A stretch of DNA of 56,479 bases from an uncultured delta proteobacterium. GTDB taxonomy: Bacteria; Desulfobacterota; Desulfobacteria; Desulfobacterales; SG8-13. Made by a program: the position numbers and the translations under genes. Every line of letters starts with the position of its first letter. Position 1 is the first letter of the stretch. The stretch covers positions 635,684-692,162 of the forward strand of contig CAWKCK010000002.1 in assembly GCA_963848135.1 (NCBI GenBank). Reading direction: 5' to 3'. Shown one piece after another: positions 52,128-56,479 of this stretch. A model generated the notes under the pieces. It searched no databases. It was given only the letters and a program-made list of their open reading frames with translations, and had not been told where the DNA came from.

Positions 52128-53807
52128 TTAAAACCGTGACGAAGTTAATTTGTGAGTGGCACCGGCCCATGTGCGATCGAAGCGCTTGGTTATGGCCTGA
52201 GCGTCTTCGTCTTTACCCTGCTGCTCAAGTGCCATTTTCAAGCCGAACAACGAATACCCGTTCTCCGGATTCTTGCGCAAATCCGCAGCATAAACAACCT
52301 CGGCCTCATTCGGGCGGCCAGTGTTAAGGAGCATGGCTCCCAGGAAATGTCGCACTGGAAAATACCAGTCGGGGGGCTCGTTGTAGCGTAGACCATCTTC
52401 GAGTCGCACGGCCCGCTCCAGATGTGCCAAACCCACGAGAGTGTGACCCTCAGCGTAGGCCAACTCTCCCAACACGATCTCGTGAGCAATCGTCATCAGA
52501 GTCTCTGCGGTTGCAAAACCAATGTAGTGTTCCACATTACCCATGACTTCTCGGGTTGCGTTCAAAAGGCGAAGCTCTGGACGCGCCTTTGCCAGTCGAT
52601 CAGTGTGAATATAGGCTAAGGCTCGACCGTAGTGCCAGATACCCGTCATGAACTGCGACTCGAGGTCTGGCTTGGGCTCGCCAAGCATCTCTTCCCACAT
52701 CCCGAAACGCACCATCACAAACATCGGTTGTGACAGGAAGGTCTCGTAGAGTGCCCACACATTTTTATCGGCTGAAAGATCAGGAGGAACCTTTTCGACG
52801 ATCTTTCGCGCCGCCACCAGTGCCCTCTCTGGATGCCCCTGTGACATTGCCGACCATGCCATAAAGTGGATGTTATGCGGGTAATAGTTTAGGGGATATA
52901 TACCCTGACTTCGGCATTGGGTGATGTAGCCTTCATCGGCTTCCACCGCGCGGCGGTTCGCCTCATAGGAGTCGGCGTACCGGCCAACCCGCATATAAAT
53001 ATGCGATGGCATGTGTACAATATGACCCGCTCCCGGCATTAACTCAGTCAACATGTCAGCATGCCTCTCACCTCGCTCTGGATGGCGCAGCTCGACCACA
53101 TGGATATAATAGTGCAGTGCTCCGACATGTCGGGGATTTCGATCGACTACCGACTGTAAGGTCCCAAGGATTTCCTTTGTGTAGCCTTTGGGGCTACCAT
53201 CAAGATTCCAGTAGTCCCAAGGGCTCAGGTTCATCAATGATGCGGCATAGAGTGTTGCAGCATCGAGATCATCGGGGTAAGTTTCCACCACCTTCGCCAT
53301 GGCGAGTGCGTACTCCAGATCAAACGGCTTGCGATCGGCCGTTGGTTGGTCCGTGTACCGCTTGGTTAGAGCTTCAATGTAAGCGCGTTCGTGCTCAGAG
53401 ACCTTGTCTTTGAGTAATATAGCTTTTTGAATTGCACTATAGGCTTGCGGAGCCACCGCCGGTATCATAGGCAAATTAAGATTAGGTCCCAAAACCAGCG
53501 CCCAACCCCAATAGGCCATAGCATTACTCGGATCGAGTCGTGCCGCCTCTTTGAAAGCACGGAGTGCTTCGGAATGATTGAAGGCATATGTCAGTCGCAG
53601 CCCCTGGTCGAAGAATCTCTGTGACTCGGGGTTCTGCGTTGTAACCGTGAAGTGGTAATCCCCCAATCCTTCGAGCTTTGGAGCGATAGGCCCTTTGGCC
53701 TCTGCCGGATCCGCATCGAGAGCGCGTGCATCATGAATCCGTGCCAGGGCCGGTTCAACGATTAAACTCGATATTATCAGAAAAATTAATGTGTTTATGA
53801 CTCGCAT
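52128..53807 (-). CDS. Secreted TPR-like protein
   Basis: Signal peptide; FFDQGLRL.YAFNH.EA, GALHYYIH, GHIVHMPSHIY, YNEPPDW. Confidence 0.85.
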   Translation of the reverse strand: MRVINTLIFLIISSLIVEPALARIHDARALDADPAEAKGPIAPKLEGLGDYHFTVTTQNPESQRFFDQGLRLTYAFNHSEALRAFKEAARLDPSNAMAYWGWALVLGPNLNLPMIPAVAPQAYSAIQKAILLKDKVSEHERAYIEALTKRYTDQPTADRKPFDLEYALAMAKVVETYPDDLDAATLYAASLMNLSPWDYWNLDGSPKGYTKEILGTLQSVVDRNPRHVGALHYYIHVVELRHPERGERHADMLTELMPGAGHIVHMPSHIYMRVGRYADSYEANRRAVEADEGYITQCRSQGIYPLNYYPHNIHFMAWSAMSQGHPERALVAARKIVEKVPPDLSADKNVWALYETFLSQPMFVMVRFGMWEEMLGEPKPDLESQFMTGIWHYGRALAYIHTDRLAKARPELRLLNATREVMGNVEHYIGFATAETLMTIAHEIVLGELAYAEGHTLVGLAHLERAVRLEDGLRYNEPPDWYFPVRHFLGAMLLNTGRPNEAEVVYAADLRKNPENGYSLFGLKMALEQQGKDEDAQAITKRFDRTWAGATHKLTSSRF

Positions 53808-54385
53808 TTTTTCACCTTTATTTAATCAAATTAGCTCATCAAGTCTTTGCAGAGAGCTTGGAATATTTTTAATCTCAGATTATTCATATCGAAACTTCCA
53901 ACCATGAGTCTCTAAAAAAATCACGGAGTCTCTTGGGCAAGTATCGTTGCCAGACAACCGGTTGAATCGGGTCGACATTTGCTGTCCGCTTCAGCTGTAT
54001 TAGTTTTGTACCTTTATCCCTAATTGTTTGCTTGAAAATATTTGGATTATAAATAGGACTGTAACTTGAAATCAGAGGGTGTGCTGGACAATTAGAGGAT
54101 CAGTGTTGAGAATCAATCTAAACTTGAAAAAAACATTGATTCGAAATGTATTCCTGTCAATAGTATTTGAATGAAAAAAAAATCTCGGTGTTTACGATTC
54201 GTTATTTATAAAGCAGTTGGTAAGTATTGCCAGTAGAAAAATTGTGGAAAATAACACCGAGAATGAAGCTTGGGTTTGGTTATCGCCAACATTTAGCAAT
54301 TCTAGGCAGGTTTGGAATTTAACAGATATGAGGGCCATGGAATATTTTACAGCCTAAATAAGTACAACAGCATTGGAGAAGAATT

Positions 54386-56155
54386 CTACAGACCTGCCTG
54401 CCGTAGCTGAGAGATCATTCTTTCCAATTGGCTCTTGTCCTTGTATGGATGGTTTTTCGCGAAGGTTTCGATTGTAAAATCAGGTCTGAGGTGCAGTACT
54501 TTGCGTGCTGCCTCCTTAGCAAGTTCCAAGCGTTCTAAGGCCGCATTGGCTGCAGCTATCAAAAGCAAGGCGTCCAGATTGTTTGGATCGGCTTCAATGC
54601 TAATTTCGGCGGCATCAAGAGCCTCTTCAAATCTTCTGGACCCGAAATAGGCGGCCGATAAGACAGCCGGATAATATGAAGGAAAGACCGGGGCGAGACG
54701 CATCGCAAATTTGGCCAAACTGATTGCCTCGGCCGGCCGGCCCAAGTAATTGAGCACCTCAGCTTTCGCAGTGAAAGCGGCATCACAACTCGGGCGTGCC
54801 AACACAGATCGTTCTGCAGCAGCTAAGGCTTTTTCATGTTCTTCATGGCGTAGATAAATATTTGCCAAGACCAGGTCCGCCAAACCAGTAACATCCTTTA
54901 ACTGCAGTGCCTGTTCCGCCAGTTCTGCTGCACGGTCGAGCAGGTATGGTACATCTTCGTCTGCCCCCATGGAAGCATGCTGTAAATACGCAAGAGCCGC
55001 TAAGGCAAAACCGATCGATGAATCGGGTTCCAGGCGGATGGTTTCTTCAAACATCTGTTGCGCTAATCGAATATCTTCGGTTGCCGAGCTAAATAGTGCA
55101 CCCCATCCACGATAATAGCTATCGATTGCAGCTGGATTTTTAAGAGCTTTTCGGACAGTTCGGGCAGGCTCGCCGGAGACCAGTGCGACATCCATAGCTG
55201 TTACGATTTCATGTGTTATCTCATCTTGAATTACAAACATATCATCCAGGTTGCGATCAAATTGTTGCGCCCACACTTGCCGGTTATTTTCGGTTTCAGT
55301 TAATCGTGCTGAAATTCGGACACGATTACCTTTTCGACGCATCCCGCCGTCAAGAATATGGCTGACACCAAGCTGACGCCCGATTTCTCTAATCGATATA
55401 GGATTTGTCCTATAACTGAACATGGACACATCACTAATCAATAGCAGTCCGGGAATTTGAACCAACGCAGTCATAATGTCCAAAGTAAGTCCGTCGGTAA
55501 AGTGGTCGGGTTTATAATTACCACTAAGGTTAACAAACGGGAGGACCGCTAATGAAGGTTTTGCTGGTAATGGTAGCGATGGACGCTTGGTAAGTGTGGC
55601 ACTGGATGTAACTTGTTGGTAGGGTTTTTTGAACTCGATAATGCGGAAAACCCGAACGGGATCTGGTAAATTTTTTAAACTCTGTTCACCTATATCAATA
55701 TAATGGTAATGCAACTTACTGTGAATCTGCTGGTAAACCATATCTGAGATGCAAATACCGTCTGGCTCGGCCAGCGCCTGGAGGCGTGCGGCGATATTTA
55801 CACCGTCACCGTATATCCGCTCGCCGTCAAACATGATGTCTCCAACGTGTACACCTATGCGAAATTTTAAATGGCGATTTTCAGAGAGGTTGGCATTCAG
55901 CTCAGCCAAACATTGGTGAATCTGGCTTGCACAATTGACAGCATCGAGTGTATTCGGAAACTCGGCCAGCATGTTGTCGCCGACAAAGTCCACCAGGCGA
56001 CCGCCACTTTGCTTGACAACCTCCGTTACACGCTGGCGGCAAGCCGTCAAACTTCTCACCGTAGCAAATTCATCATCGGCCATTAAACTACTGTAGCCAA
56101 CTACATCGGCGCTTATTAAAGCAGCGAGTCTGCGCTGAAGCTGAGGTTCATTCAT
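54386..56155 (-). CDS. Class III adenylate/guanylate cyclase with TolB-like and TPR domains
   Basis: RRLAALISADVVGYS, FVGDNMLAEF, FRIGVHVGD, GDGVNIAARLQ, KPSLAVLPFVNLS, C-terminal TPRs. Confidence 0.93.
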   Translation of the reverse strand: MNEPQLQRRLAALISADVVGYSSLMADDEFATVRSLTACRQRVTEVVKQSGGRLVDFVGDNMLAEFPNTLDAVNCASQIHQCLAELNANLSENRHLKFRIGVHVGDIMFDGERIYGDGVNIAARLQALAEPDGICISDMVYQQIHSKLHYHYIDIGEQSLKNLPDPVRVFRIIEFKKPYQQVTSSATLTKRPSLPLPAKPSLAVLPFVNLSGNYKPDHFTDGLTLDIMTALVQIPGLLLISDVSMFSYRTNPISIREIGRQLGVSHILDGGMRRKGNRVRISARLTETENNRQVWAQQFDRNLDDMFVIQDEITHEIVTAMDVALVSGEPARTVRKALKNPAAIDSYYRGWGALFSSATEDIRLAQQMFEETIRLEPDSSIGFALAALAYLQHASMGADEDVPYLLDRAAELAEQALQLKDVTGLADLVLANIYLRHEEHEKALAAAERSVLARPSCDAAFTAKAEVLNYLGRPAEAISLAKFAMRLAPVFPSYYPAVLSAAYFGSRRFEEALDAAEISIEADPNNLDALLLIAAANAALERLELAKEAARKVLHLRPDFTIETFAKNHPYKDKSQLERMISQLRQAGL

Positions 56156-56479
56156 ATATTCGTTTCCGATATCGCTGACTGCTTAACAGTTGATAAATTG
56201 TTACATCCTGCTTCGAAAACACTCTAAGATAAAACAGATAAATGAAAATGCCAAGCATTGGAAATGGAGTTAGAATTCTGTAGAGATTTCTGAGGTGGAC
56301 TTTGAGAATTTCTGAAATTATGACTAAACATCTGTAATTATACGGAATTAAGATTATTAATATAGCGCCAATAACACAAACCCTTTCGGCTGCTTTTTTG
56401 AGAAACAACCGAAAGGATGTAGGTGTATTTGTTAATCTGACAGCTTAACACATTGTCCAGTTTTTGGGGACCACCGCCG

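Noticed and set aside
53950..54010. Second attC-like site
   Set aside because: Too degenerate; no clear paired boxes

Overview
Bacterial chromosomal window. Gene style and content suggest a deltaproteobacterial sulfate reducer (Desulfobacterales-like); this is an inference. The left ~25 kb is GC-richer and housekeeping-like: an HDOD-GGDEF cyclase, Mrp/ApbC with a DUF134 regulator, a PlsB-like acyltransferase, LarE, an Opp/Dpp peptide ABC operon followed by an M24 peptidase and a DUF1445/D-glutamate-cyclase-like gene, and a LIV-type ABC operon. The right ~31 kb is a more AT-rich patchwork of singletons and pseudogenes, including a proline-racemase-family enzyme, a DprE1-like oxidase, a methylserine-type SHMT, a gamma-proteobacterial-type parE-parC pair, a GT4 and a class III cyclase. 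The most notable hand-read signals are: (1) a ~277-bp MITE-like element in two copies with long asymmetric inverted arms and 8-bp target-site duplications; (2) a second TA-flanked MITE beside copy 2; (3) two genes (parE and an orphan nucleotidyltransferase-like gene) that appear to start at ATT behind an identical perfect TAAGGAGGT-N5 Shine-Dalgarno; (4) a secreted beta-helix protein ending in a PLLLLDD tail; (5) two small ORFs below the ORF-track cutoff. No rRNA, tRNA, CRISPR array, transposase or integrase was recognised. All assignments come from motif recognition, not database searches.
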